Source: Anaeromyxobacteraceae bacterium
GTDB lineage: Bacteria; Myxococcota; Myxococcia; Myxococcales; Anaeromyxobacteraceae
Assembly: GCA_032654565.1 (NCBI GenBank)
Contig: JAULAX010000013.1
Span: forward strand, 1 to 64,000
DNA length: 64,000 nucleotides
Direction of reading: 5' to 3'
Each line of letters opens with the position of its first letter. The first letter of the stretch is position 1. The translations under genes and the position numbers were made by a program. This document shows, one piece after another, positions 53,996 through 61,999 of this stretch. The notes below the pieces were generated by a model that worked only from the letters and a program-made list of their open reading frames with translations, made no database searches and had not been told where the DNA came from.

Positions 53996-54829
53996 ATGCA
54001 GACCGAGAGCCCCGCCCGCGCCCGCTTCGAGGCGCTCCTCGCCGAACCGGTCCTCCGGCTCGACGAGGCGGCGCTGGCGCTGGCCGCCGAGGAGTACCCC
54101 GGGCTCGACGTCCGGGCCTGCCTGCGCCAGCTCGACGCCATGGCCGAGCGGGTCAAGGGGCGGGTCGGCGAGTCCGGGCGCATCGCCCACCGGCTGGCCT
54201 CGGTGCGCGAGGTGCTCTTCGAGGACGAGGGGTTCCGCGGCAACGAGAAGGACTACTACGACGCCCGCAACTCCTACCTCAACCAGGTCCTGGAGCGCCG
54301 CCTCGGAATCCCCATCACCCTCTCGCTGCTCTTCATGGAGGTGGGGCGCCGGGCCGGCCTCACCCTGTCCGGCGTCGGCTTCCCCGGCCACTTCCTCACC
54401 AAGCTGGCCCCCGAGCACGGCCCGGAGATCTTCATCGACGCCTACAACGGCGGCGAGCTGCTCACCGCCGACGAGTGCGTGGCCCGCTTCAAGCACCTGG
54501 TGCACGGCCGTGAGTTCGACCCGCGCCTGCTGCAGGCGGTGCCGCCGCGCCAGATCCTCTCGCGGATGCTCCACAACCTGAAGAAGATCTACGTGGAGCA
54601 GGGCGACGACGTGCGCGCCTACTGGGTCATCGACCGGCTGCTGCTGCTCCAGCCCGACGCCATGGACGAGGTGCGCGATCGCGGCCTGGTCGAGGCCCGG
54701 CTGGGGCTGAAGCCGGCCGCGGTCCGCGATCTGGAGGCCTACCTGGTCGCCGTGCCCACCGCCGCCGACGTCGGCGACGTCCGCTCGCTGCTGGAGTCGC
54801 TGCGGGCCCGCCCGGCCCTGCTCAACTGA
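53996..54829 (+). CDS. SirB1/YchA-like protein (transglutaminase-like core plus TPR)
   Basis: GF.GN...YYD..NSYL..VL.RR.GIPITLS, GVGFPGHF, RML.NLK, RDRGL. Confidence 0.88.
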   Translation: MQTESPARARFEALLAEPVLRLDEAALALAAEEYPGLDVRACLRQLDAMAERVKGRVGESGRIAHRLASVREVLFEDEGFRGNEKDYYDARNSYLNQVLERRLGIPITLSLLFMEVGRRAGLTLSGVGFPGHFLTKLAPEHGPEIFIDAYNGGELLTADECVARFKHLVHGREFDPRLLQAVPPRQILSRMLHNLKKIYVEQGDDVRAYWVIDRLLLLQPDAMDEVRDRGLVEARLGLKPAAVRDLEAYLVAVPTAADVGDVRSLLESLRARPALLN

Positions 54830-55139
54830 GGTCGGTGGCCAGCAGCCGGGCCACCGGCCGGCCGCCCACCAGGTGCTGCTCGACGATCTCGGCCACGTCC
54901 TCGGGCCGGACGCCCGCGTACCAGGTGCCCTCCGGGTAGACCACCACCACCGGCCCCTGGGCGCAGAGGTCGAGGCAGCCGGCGGCGTTGGCCCGGATCT
55001 CGCCGTCCAGCCCGCGCCGGTTCAGCTCGGCCTTGAAGGCCTTGCGCACCGCCTCGCCGCCGCTGGCGGCGCAGGAGCCGCGGGGCGCGCCCTCGGGGCG
55101 CCGGTTCTCGCAGACGAAGACGTGGTGGCGGAAGCGCAT
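54822..55139 (-). CDS. Thioredoxin-like [2Fe-2S] ferredoxin
   Basis: HVFVCEN.R...SC, GCL..C..GP.VVVYPEG.WY, EIVEQHL.GG. Confidence 0.9.
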   Translation of the reverse strand: MRFRHHVFVCENRRPEGAPRGSCAASGGEAVRKAFKAELNRRGLDGEIRANAAGCLDLCAQGPVVVVYPEGTWYAGVRPEDVAEIVEQHLVGGRPVARLLATDLS

Positions 55140-55148
55140 GGCGGGTCC

Positions 55149-56060
55149 TCAGCGGCGGCGGGTGGGGGCGGGTCGGGGGCTGCGGCGCCGGGCGGCGGGG
55201 CGGGACCAGCGCGCCCCGTCGAGCACCTCGAGCACCTGGGTGAACGAGGAGATGGCCAGCGGCCAGCGGGTGGGGGTGGCGTCGGCGACGTGGCGCCGGG
55301 TCACCTCTCCCGCCGAGATCACCTGCAGCCGGTCGCGGTACTCCTTGGAGACGTAGGTGCCGTACTCGGCCCAGACCCCGAGCGCGCCGCAGGCCTCGGC
55401 CACCGGCATGTCCTTCTTGACGTTGTCGCCCACGTAGAGCACCTGCGACCCCTTCAGCCCCAGGTCGGCGAGGATGCGGCGCAGCCCGGCCGGGCTCGGC
55501 TTCTCGTGGTCGGCGGGCAGCTCCACCACCGGCACCCCGGCCCGGTAGTGGCCGGACGCCTCCTTGCGCCGGATCTCCGGGTCGACGTGGTCGGGGAGCG
55601 GGTAGGCGGGGAGGGTGTAGACGGCGTCGAAGAGGGTGTCGAGCTTGAGCGTCCGCAGCCGCCCCTCGGCGGCGTTGCGGGGGGCGTCGGTGAGCGCCAC
55701 CAGCTTCAGCCCGCGCCCCTTGATGGCCTGGAGCGTCTCCTTCACGCCCGGGTAGGGGTGCAGGTAGCGGTCGCGCGCCGCCTTGAAGGCCTTGCGGGCC
55801 GGGTCGATCACCAGGGCGTTGAAGGAGTCGAAGTCGGCCTCGTAGGGCTTGAAGAGCTCCGACTCCTGGATGGCGAAGGGGTACTCGTTCGACTCGTACT
55901 TCGCGTACACCGCCTTGAGCGACTGGACGATGCGGATGCGGGGCAGCCCGGTGGTGGCCACCAGCGAGTCGACCATGGCCTCCAGCGAGGGGACCACGTA
56001 GTCCACCCAGGGGTAGAGGGTGTTGTCGAGGTCGGTGACGATGGCGCGCGGGATGGGCAC
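55149..56060 (-). CDS. HAD-superfamily hydrolase
   Basis: TDLDNTL (DxD), YPGV.ETL, LTD, KPSP, YVGDN..KD; GTG start at 56060. Confidence 0.85.
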   Translation of the reverse strand: MPIPRAIVTDLDNTLYPWVDYVVPSLEAMVDSLVATTGLPRIRIVQSLKAVYAKYESNEYPFAIQESELFKPYEADFDSFNALVIDPARKAFKAARDRYLHPYPGVKETLQAIKGRGLKLVALTDAPRNAAEGRLRTLKLDTLFDAVYTLPAYPLPDHVDPEIRRKEASGHYRAGVPVVELPADHEKPSPAGLRRILADLGLKGSQVLYVGDNVKKDMPVAEACGALGVWAEYGTYVSKEYRDRLQVISAGEVTRRHVADATPTRWPLAISSFTQVLEVLDGARWSRPAARRRSPRPAPTRRR

Positions 56061-56127
56061 GGGGGGATGGTACCCGGGGCGCCCGGGAACGAGAAGCGGC
56101 GCCGCGAGGCTGGTGTAGCATGGCGGC

Positions 56128-57432
56128 GTGCACTTCGACCGCCTCCGCGTGGTGTCCGCCCTCCCGCTCGACGGGGGCTGGCGCGCCGACCTGGCCATCG
56201 ACCGGTCCACCACCCCGCCGCGGGCGGTGCTGGTGGCCCGGGTGCCCCCCTCGGTCTCCGGCGACGCCCTGGCGCTCTCGGTGCTGGCCCGCGGCCTCGA
56301 CCTGGCCTCACGGGTCCAGCACCCCGGGCTGCGCCGGCTGCTCGGCACCGGCGAGGTGGACGGCGACCTGGTGCTGGTCGAGGCCTGGCGCGAGGGGGAG
56401 TCGCTGCGCGGCCTCATCGAGGCCGGCGGCTCGCTGCCCCCGGCGCTGGCGGCGCGGGTCGGCGTCGAGGTGGCCGGCGCGCTCCACGCCTGCCACACCC
56501 TGCCGGCGGCCCTGGGCCGCCCGCTCTGCCACGGCGCGGTCCGCACCGAGCGGATCCTGCTGACCGAGGCCGGCGAGGTGCTGCTCTGCGGTGTGGGGCG
56601 GCCGTTCTCCGAGGACGCCACGCCCGCCGACGACCTGCGGGCGCTGGCGCGGGTGCTGCTGGAGTGCCTGCCGCCGGCCGGCGCCGACGGGCCGGGGCCG
56701 CTGGCGGCGGTGCTCGATCGCGTGCTCGACGGGGAGGGCTACCCGAGCGCGGCCGACTTCGCCCTGGCGCTGGCGGCGGCGGTGACGCCGGGCGACCCGG
56801 CGGCGCTGGCGGCGCGCGTGGAGGGCTCGCAGCCGGAGGGGACGCCGCGGTGGCTGTCGCACCGGCGGGCCCTGGCCCAGGCGCTGCGCGGCGAGGACGG
56901 CGCCTCCGCCGACGAGGTGGGATCCACCAGCGCCCAGGCCGAGGCCGCCCGCACCCTCCTGCTCATCCCGCCACCCCCCGCGCCGGTGCTCCCGGCGCCG
57001 GGCGCGCCGACCCCGGCACCGGCTCCGACCGACCGTCCGGCGCTCACCCCGCCGCCGTTCCCGGTGACCCCGTCGACCGCCCCGACCTCACCGGCCATGG
57101 AGCGGGCGACGCTGGAGTCGCCGGCCGTCGCGCCCGCGGCCGAAGCGCCACCGGCTCCTGATCCGGCGCTGGTCGCGGCCCCGGTCACGCCCCCGGTCGA
57201 ACCCGCCGCCGCGCCGGCCGCGGTCCTGCCTGCGGCCCCGGCCGCTCCGGCCATCGACCAGTTCATCGAGGTGGGCGGCGCCCCGCCTGCTGCGCCCCAA
57301 CCCCCGCCGGCCGCTCCCTCGGTACCCTCGCTGGCGGCCTGGCTCGACCACCCGCGCGCCCCCACCGTCGTGGTGGCCGGGTGCGGCCTGCTCGGCCTGC
57401 TCCTCGGCCTGGCGCTGGGCGGGCGCTCCTAG
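56128..57432 (+). CDS. Ser/Thr pseudokinase with Pro/Ala linker and C-terminal TM helix
   Basis: Kinase scaffold (HP.L..L, LVLVE...GESL, AL...H), but HGAVRTERILL replaces HRDLKPxN and no DFG. Confidence 0.7.
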   Translation: MHFDRLRVVSALPLDGGWRADLAIDRSTTPPRAVLVARVPPSVSGDALALSVLARGLDLASRVQHPGLRRLLGTGEVDGDLVLVEAWREGESLRGLIEAGGSLPPALAARVGVEVAGALHACHTLPAALGRPLCHGAVRTERILLTEAGEVLLCGVGRPFSEDATPADDLRALARVLLECLPPAGADGPGPLAAVLDRVLDGEGYPSAADFALALAAAVTPGDPAALAARVEGSQPEGTPRWLSHRRALAQALRGEDGASADEVGSTSAQAEAARTLLLIPPPPAPVLPAPGAPTPAPAPTDRPALTPPPFPVTPSTAPTSPAMERATLESPAVAPAAEAPPAPDPALVAAPVTPPVEPAAAPAAVLPAAPAAPAIDQFIEVGGAPPAAPQPPPAAPSVPSLAAWLDHPRAPTVVVAGCGLLGLLLGLALGGRS

Positions 57433-57454
57433 CCCGCGCCCCGCGGCGCCGCGC

Positions 57455-59743
57455 CTACCAGCTCCCCCACCGGCGCCGCAGGATCCACTCCGCCCCCAGC
57501 GTCGTCGCCAGCGCCGCCAGGAACCACCAGCGGTTCCAGATGGGCAGCTCCTTGCGCTGGCCGATCTCCACCACCTCCGGCTCCAGCTGCCGGAGCCGCG
57601 GCAGGCCACCGCCCGGCAGCGTGGTGGCGTCGCCGCCGGTCAGCTCGGAGAGGGCGGCCAGCAGCTCCGGCCGCGGCGTGGCGTCGGCGTCCTCCGGCCC
57701 GGCGCCGCGCACGGTGAGCGCGGTGGTGGCCGTCTCCGGGGCGCCGCCCGGCACCGGCTCGGCCCGGGCCACCAGCTTGTAGGCGCCCGGGGGGGCGGCC
57801 GGCAGCTCGACGCGGACCGTGCCGTCGGCCGAGGTGACCGCCTCGGCGCGGGACACCGCCCGGCCGTCCTCGGAGACCAGCTCCACCGCCACCTTGCGCC
57901 CCGGCGCCGGGCCGTAGTCGGCGCCCCGCAGCGAGACGGCGAGGCCGATGGGCGCCCCCGGGTCGAGGGCCGGCGCGTCCGGCTCGGCCTTGAGCGGGGT
58001 CAGCTCAGGGTCGCGCACCAGCCAGCGGAGCGCCGACGACCAGAAGCGGCGGTAGGCGCCGTCGCCGCCGCCCCCCTCGGCGGCCAGGAACCCCCAGTGC
58101 CAGCTGCCGTCGGTGGTGACCGCCAGCGTCCGCCCCGCCCCCACCTCGCGCACAGCCACCACCGGGGCCGGCTGGCCGTCCACCAGCACCCCCGGGGCCT
58201 CCAGCAGCACCGTGGCGCCGGCGCCGGGGGGGAGCGCCCGGGTCCGGTTGAGCACCGCGAGCGACGGCAGCGCCGCCCAGGCCGCCGCGGTGGCCGCCTC
58301 CCCGGCGCCGATGGCGGTGACCGGGTGGCGCCGCCCCTCGGCGGTGGGGCGCGGCCGGTACGGCTCCTCGGCGAGCCCGGCCCCGTCGAGCGGGACCACC
58401 GGCAGCACCTCGGCCAGCGGGGTGGCGCCGTAGCGGGCCTCGCCGAACCCCTGCTCGCCGCCCACCATGGCCAGCCCACCGCCGCCGCGCACGTAGTCGC
58501 GCAGGTTGGGGAGGAACCGCTCGATGTCGAGGGCGCGGTAGGGCGCGTAGTTGAAGTTGAGCAGCAGCACGGCATCGAAGGTCTTGAGCTGCGGGCCGAA
58601 GATCTCCTGCACCGGGAAGGGGATCAGCGAGAGCTGGTCCTGCGACCCCGGCTGGTCGCTGTTGGTGCGCAGGATGAAGAAGCTGACCAGGTCGACGTTG
58701 GGATCCTGCTTGAGCAGGCCGCGCAGGAAGCGCTCGTCCCAGCTGGGCCGCCCCGCCACCAGCAGCACCCGGACCCGGTCGCGGATCACCCGCAGCACGA
58801 AGGAGCGCTGGTTGTTGCCGGTGACCGCCTCGCCCGGCAGCACCGGCGCCGCCACCGTGAAGACGAAGGTGCCGGTGGTGTCGGGCCGGAAGGTGAGGGG
58901 GACCTGGTAGCGGTCCTTGCCGGCCTCGAGCTGGACCACCGCCTGCGCCACCACCGCCCCCTCGCGCCGCAGCACCACGGTGATGGGGCCGGCCTCGAGC
59001 CCGTGGGCCCGCAGCGTCGCCTCGACGGTGACGCTGCTGCGGACGAAGGAGAACTCCTCGGCCGCCACCCGCTCCACCGCCAGGTCCCGGGGCGGCTCCC
59101 GCCCGGCCGCCACGGTGTTGACCGGCACCCCCAGGGCCTTCAGCTCGGCCCGGGCCGCCGGCGTCAGCCCCGCCGCCAGCGCCGCGTTGTCGGCCCCGTC
59201 GGAGAGCAGCAGCACGCCGGCCAGCTTCCGCCCCGGCCCGGCCGCGGCCGCCTGGAGCGCCCCCAGCAGGTCGGTCCGGCTCCCCTCGGAGGGCAGGCCG
59301 CGCCCCGCCGCCTCGCCGTCGGCCGGCGTCGACTGGGCGTCGACGGCGCGCCACTCCAGGTCGACGCGCTGGCCCAGGCCGGCCAGCTCGGCGCGTGCGC
59401 TGGCCAGCAGCCCAGCCACCGCCTCGGCGCGGCTGGGCCCGCCCGGCTCGACCGGGAAGCGCATGGAGCGCGAGGTGTCGACCAGCACCGCGAAGCGGAG
59501 GCGGGAGCGGGCGGTCTGCAGCAGCTGGACCGCCGGCTCGAGCAGCAGGAAGAGGGCCAGCAGGGCGCTGGCCGTGCGCAGCGCCAGCAGCGCGGCGCGG
59601 CGACCCCGCCGCGGCTCGGCGCGCAGCCCGCGCCAGGTGAGCGCCAGGGCCGCCACCGCGGCCAGCACCGCCAGGGCGATGGCCCAGCCGGGCAGCGGGG
59701 TCAGGGCGGCGAGGCGCCAGTCGTTGTAGCCGTTCGGGTCCAG
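57455..59743 (-). CDS. Membrane protein with vWA-like MIDAS domain and GATase1-like domain (DUF4159/BatA-associated type)
   Basis: N-terminal TMs, VDTSRSM, LLSDGADN, RVLLVAGRPSWDERFLR, GGGLAMVGG, C-terminal EWILRRRWG. Start uncertain (CTG 59743 or GTG 59668). Confidence 0.75.
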   Translation of the reverse strand: MDPNGYNDWRLAALTPLPGWAIALAVLAAVAALALTWRGLRAEPRRGRRAALLALRTASALLALFLLLEPAVQLLQTARSRLRFAVLVDTSRSMRFPVEPGGPSRAEAVAGLLASARAELAGLGQRVDLEWRAVDAQSTPADGEAAGRGLPSEGSRTDLLGALQAAAAGPGRKLAGVLLLSDGADNAALAAGLTPAARAELKALGVPVNTVAAGREPPRDLAVERVAAEEFSFVRSSVTVEATLRAHGLEAGPITVVLRREGAVVAQAVVQLEAGKDRYQVPLTFRPDTTGTFVFTVAAPVLPGEAVTGNNQRSFVLRVIRDRVRVLLVAGRPSWDERFLRGLLKQDPNVDLVSFFILRTNSDQPGSQDQLSLIPFPVQEIFGPQLKTFDAVLLLNFNYAPYRALDIERFLPNLRDYVRGGGGLAMVGGEQGFGEARYGATPLAEVLPVVPLDGAGLAEEPYRPRPTAEGRRHPVTAIGAGEAATAAAWAALPSLAVLNRTRALPPGAGATVLLEAPGVLVDGQPAPVVAVREVGAGRTLAVTTDGSWHWGFLAAEGGGGDGAYRRFWSSALRWLVRDPELTPLKAEPDAPALDPGAPIGLAVSLRGADYGPAPGRKVAVELVSEDGRAVSRAEAVTSADGTVRVELPAAPPGAYKLVARAEPVPGGAPETATTALTVRGAGPEDADATPRPELLAALSELTGGDATTLPGGGLPRLRQLEPEVVEIGQRKELPIWNRWWFLAALATTLGAEWILRRRWGSW

Positions 59744-59762
59744 GGGAGAGCTCGCGGCCGGC

Positions 59763-60527
59763 TCAGGTGCGCCGCTTCATGATGAAGGGCAGGTGGACGG
59801 CGTCGTCCTTGTAGTCGGTGCAGAGGGCGTACATGGCCAGGTTGACGCCGAGGCGGATGGCCGTCTCCCGCTGCGGCTCGCCGCCGGGCGTGCAGGGGTG
59901 CTCCCAGTCGCCGAGGTCGGAGCGGGCCCAGGCGCCGCCCAGGTCGTTCTGCGAGTAGACCACCGCCAGCCGCCCGTCGAGCGACTGCGCCTCCAGCCAC
60001 GGCTTCACCGCCACCCGCCCGCCCTGCCGGTCGAGCAGGTAGAAGGTCTTGTTGAGCACGTGGGCCTGGGGGATGGGGGCCAGCGGGGCGGTGGGCAGAA
60101 CCCGGGCCAGCTCGCGCCGGACCGTGGCGTCGAAGCCGCTGCCGTCGGAGCCGTCGGCGGCGTCGACCAGCAGGAAGCCGCCGAACTGCAGGTGGCGGCG
60201 GAGCGCGGCGCGCCCGGCGTCGGAGATGGGGGGGAGGGGGCCGTCGCCGGCCAGGTAGAGGAGCGGGTGGCGGTGCAAGCCGGGGGCGTCGAGCCGGACC
60301 GCCACCGGCTCGGGCGTGGTCTCGATCGAGGTGCGCCGCGCCAGCTCCCAGCCGAGCCGCTTCAACGCGCTGGGGCGGGGGTTCCAGCGGCCGTCGTGCA
60401 CCACCTGCCCGACGGCCACCGGGCTCGAGGCCACGCCGTCGCGGGCCCGGGCCGGCAAGGCGGAGCCGGCCAGGCCGGCGGCCAGCGAGGCCAGGAAGGA
60501 GCGGCGGGTGAGCTTCGGCGGCGCCAT
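59763..60527 (-). CDS. DUF4159 family protein with twin-arginine signal
   Basis: LTRRSFL Tat motif; P.LYLAG, LRRHL..GGFL, SQNDLGGAW, GVNL.MYAL..DYK.D.VH. Confidence 0.82.
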   Translation of the reverse strand: MAPPKLTRRSFLASLAAGLAGSALPARARDGVASSPVAVGQVVHDGRWNPRPSALKRLGWELARRTSIETTPEPVAVRLDAPGLHRHPLLYLAGDGPLPPISDAGRAALRRHLQFGGFLLVDAADGSDGSGFDATVRRELARVLPTAPLAPIPQAHVLNKTFYLLDRQGGRVAVKPWLEAQSLDGRLAVVYSQNDLGGAWARSDLGDWEHPCTPGGEPQRETAIRLGVNLAMYALCTDYKDDAVHLPFIMKRRT

Positions 60528-60552
60528 GGCGGCGCATGATACGCTGCGCGCC

Positions 60553-60798
60553 GTGAGCAAGGCCAAGAAGGAACGAGGCGCGGCCGCGAAGCTGGGCGAG
60601 CTGCTGGAGTCCGGGGACCACCGGGCGGCGCGGGCCGAGGCGGCGCGCCTGCTGGCCGATCCGTCGGTGACGGTGGAGGATCGGGCGGCGGCGACCGAGG
60701 CGCAGGCCTCCCTGAAGCCCGAGCCGGCCGCGGTGCTGGTGGGGCTCCTCGCCGCCGCGGCGGCGCTGCTCATCTCCGCGCGGGTCCTGGTCGGCTGA
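60553..60798 (+). CDS. Small hypothetical membrane protein (helical hairpin plus C-terminal TM)
   Basis: GTG start, GC3-rich codons, LLESGDHRAARAEA..., hydrophobic C-terminus. Confidence 0.6.
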   Translation: MSKAKKERGAAAKLGELLESGDHRAARAEAARLLADPSVTVEDRAAATEAQASLKPEPAAVLVGLLAAAAALLISARVLVG

Positions 60799-60822
60799 GC
60801 CGGCGACGGGGCGACCCGAGGG

Positions 60823-61788
60823 TCAGTCCGCCGGCGGCCCCAGCAGCTCGAAGTCGGGGATGGCCTGGCGCAGGTGCTCGCGCAGCCGGGCGGTCAGCTT
60901 GGCCTCGATCTGCCGGGCTCGCTCGCGGGTGAGCCGGTAGCGGTCGCCCACCTCCTGCAGCGTCAGCGGCTCCTTCCCGTCGGCCGGCAGCAGCCGCTGC
61001 TCGAAGATGAACCGCTCCTTCTCGTCGGTGATGGTCCTGGCGAAGATCTCCAGCTGCTCGCGGAAGAGGCGGCGCACCTGCTCCTCGCCCAGCGCCACGT
61101 CGGCGGCCGGCGCGGCGGCGGAGGGGAGCCGGTCCATGGCGGTGGGGGCCCCGTCCTCGGCGCCGCGGGCCGGGGCGTCGAGCGAGAGGTCGTCGGTCGC
61201 CATCCGCGCCGTCATCTCCAGCACCTCGTGCTCCTCGACGTCGAGGTTCCGGGCCAGCAGCCGCGGGGTGGGGTCGATGCCGCGCGCCAGCAGCTTCTCC
61301 CGCTCCTTGCCGAGGTTGAAGAAGAGCTTGCGCTGCGCCTGGGTGGTGCCGAGCCGCACCAGCCGCCAGTTGTCCATCAGGAAGCGGATGATGTAGGCGC
61401 GGATCCACCAGGCCGCGTAGGAGGAGAGCTTCACCCCCTTGAGCGGGTCGTACTTCTTCACCGCCTGCATCAGCCCCAGGTTCCCCTCCTGGATCAGGTC
61501 GAGGAGCTGGAAGGCGGTGCGCCGGTACTCGTGGGCGATCTTCACCACCAGCCGCAGGTTGGAGGCCACCAGGGCGTAGGCCGCCTGCACGTCGCCGGTC
61601 TCGCGGTAGCGGACCGCCAGCTCGTGCTCCTGCTCCCGGGTGAGCAGCGGGTGGCGCGAGACCTCGGCCATGTAGGCGCGCAGCGGGTCGTAGCGGGCCA
61701 GCCCGCCGGCGCCGCGGGCGGCCGGAGCGGGGGCCTCGGCGGGGCGCTCCTCCTCGCCTGCGTGGTCGTCGGTGGGGTGGTCGGCCAT
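60823..61788 (-). CDS. RNA polymerase sigma factor, RpoH/sigma32 family
   Basis: Region 1.2 [40 protein letters not shown], RpoH box [14 protein letters not shown]....TRER.RQIE. Confidence 0.92.
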   Translation of the reverse strand: MADHPTDDHAGEEERPAEAPAPAARGAGGLARYDPLRAYMAEVSRHPLLTREQEHELAVRYRETGDVQAAYALVASNLRLVVKIAHEYRRTAFQLLDLIQEGNLGLMQAVKKYDPLKGVKLSSYAAWWIRAYIIRFLMDNWRLVRLGTTQAQRKLFFNLGKEREKLLARGIDPTPRLLARNLDVEEHEVLEMTARMATDDLSLDAPARGAEDGAPTAMDRLPSAAAPAADVALGEEQVRRLFREQLEIFARTITDEKERFIFEQRLLPADGKEPLTLQEVGDRYRLTRERARQIEAKLTARLREHLRQAIPDFELLGPPAD

Positions 61789-61856
61789 GGGCACAGGTGG
61801 GCAGGCGGGTCGGCGGTGAACTTCAGCCGCTCCCGGCGTTGTGATACAAGGTGCCC

Positions 61857-61999
61857 CGCCTCCCGTGCAAGCCGTGGGAGGACCACCGGCGCATGGCGGT
61901 GCTCGCAAGCACGGCGCGGTACCCGGTCCCGAAGGCGGACCGAGCCCCTCGCGGAACAGGCGAAGCCGCCATGCGCCACTGAAAGAAGCGAGTGGTGAC
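61857..61999 (+). promoter_or_regulatory. Structured 5' leader of the DEAD-box helicase gene (candidate cis-regulatory RNA)
   Basis: Perfect 12-bp stem 61888-61899/61966-61977 enclosing two hairpins; extended -10 candidate TG-A-TACAAG at 61842-61850. Confidence 0.5.
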
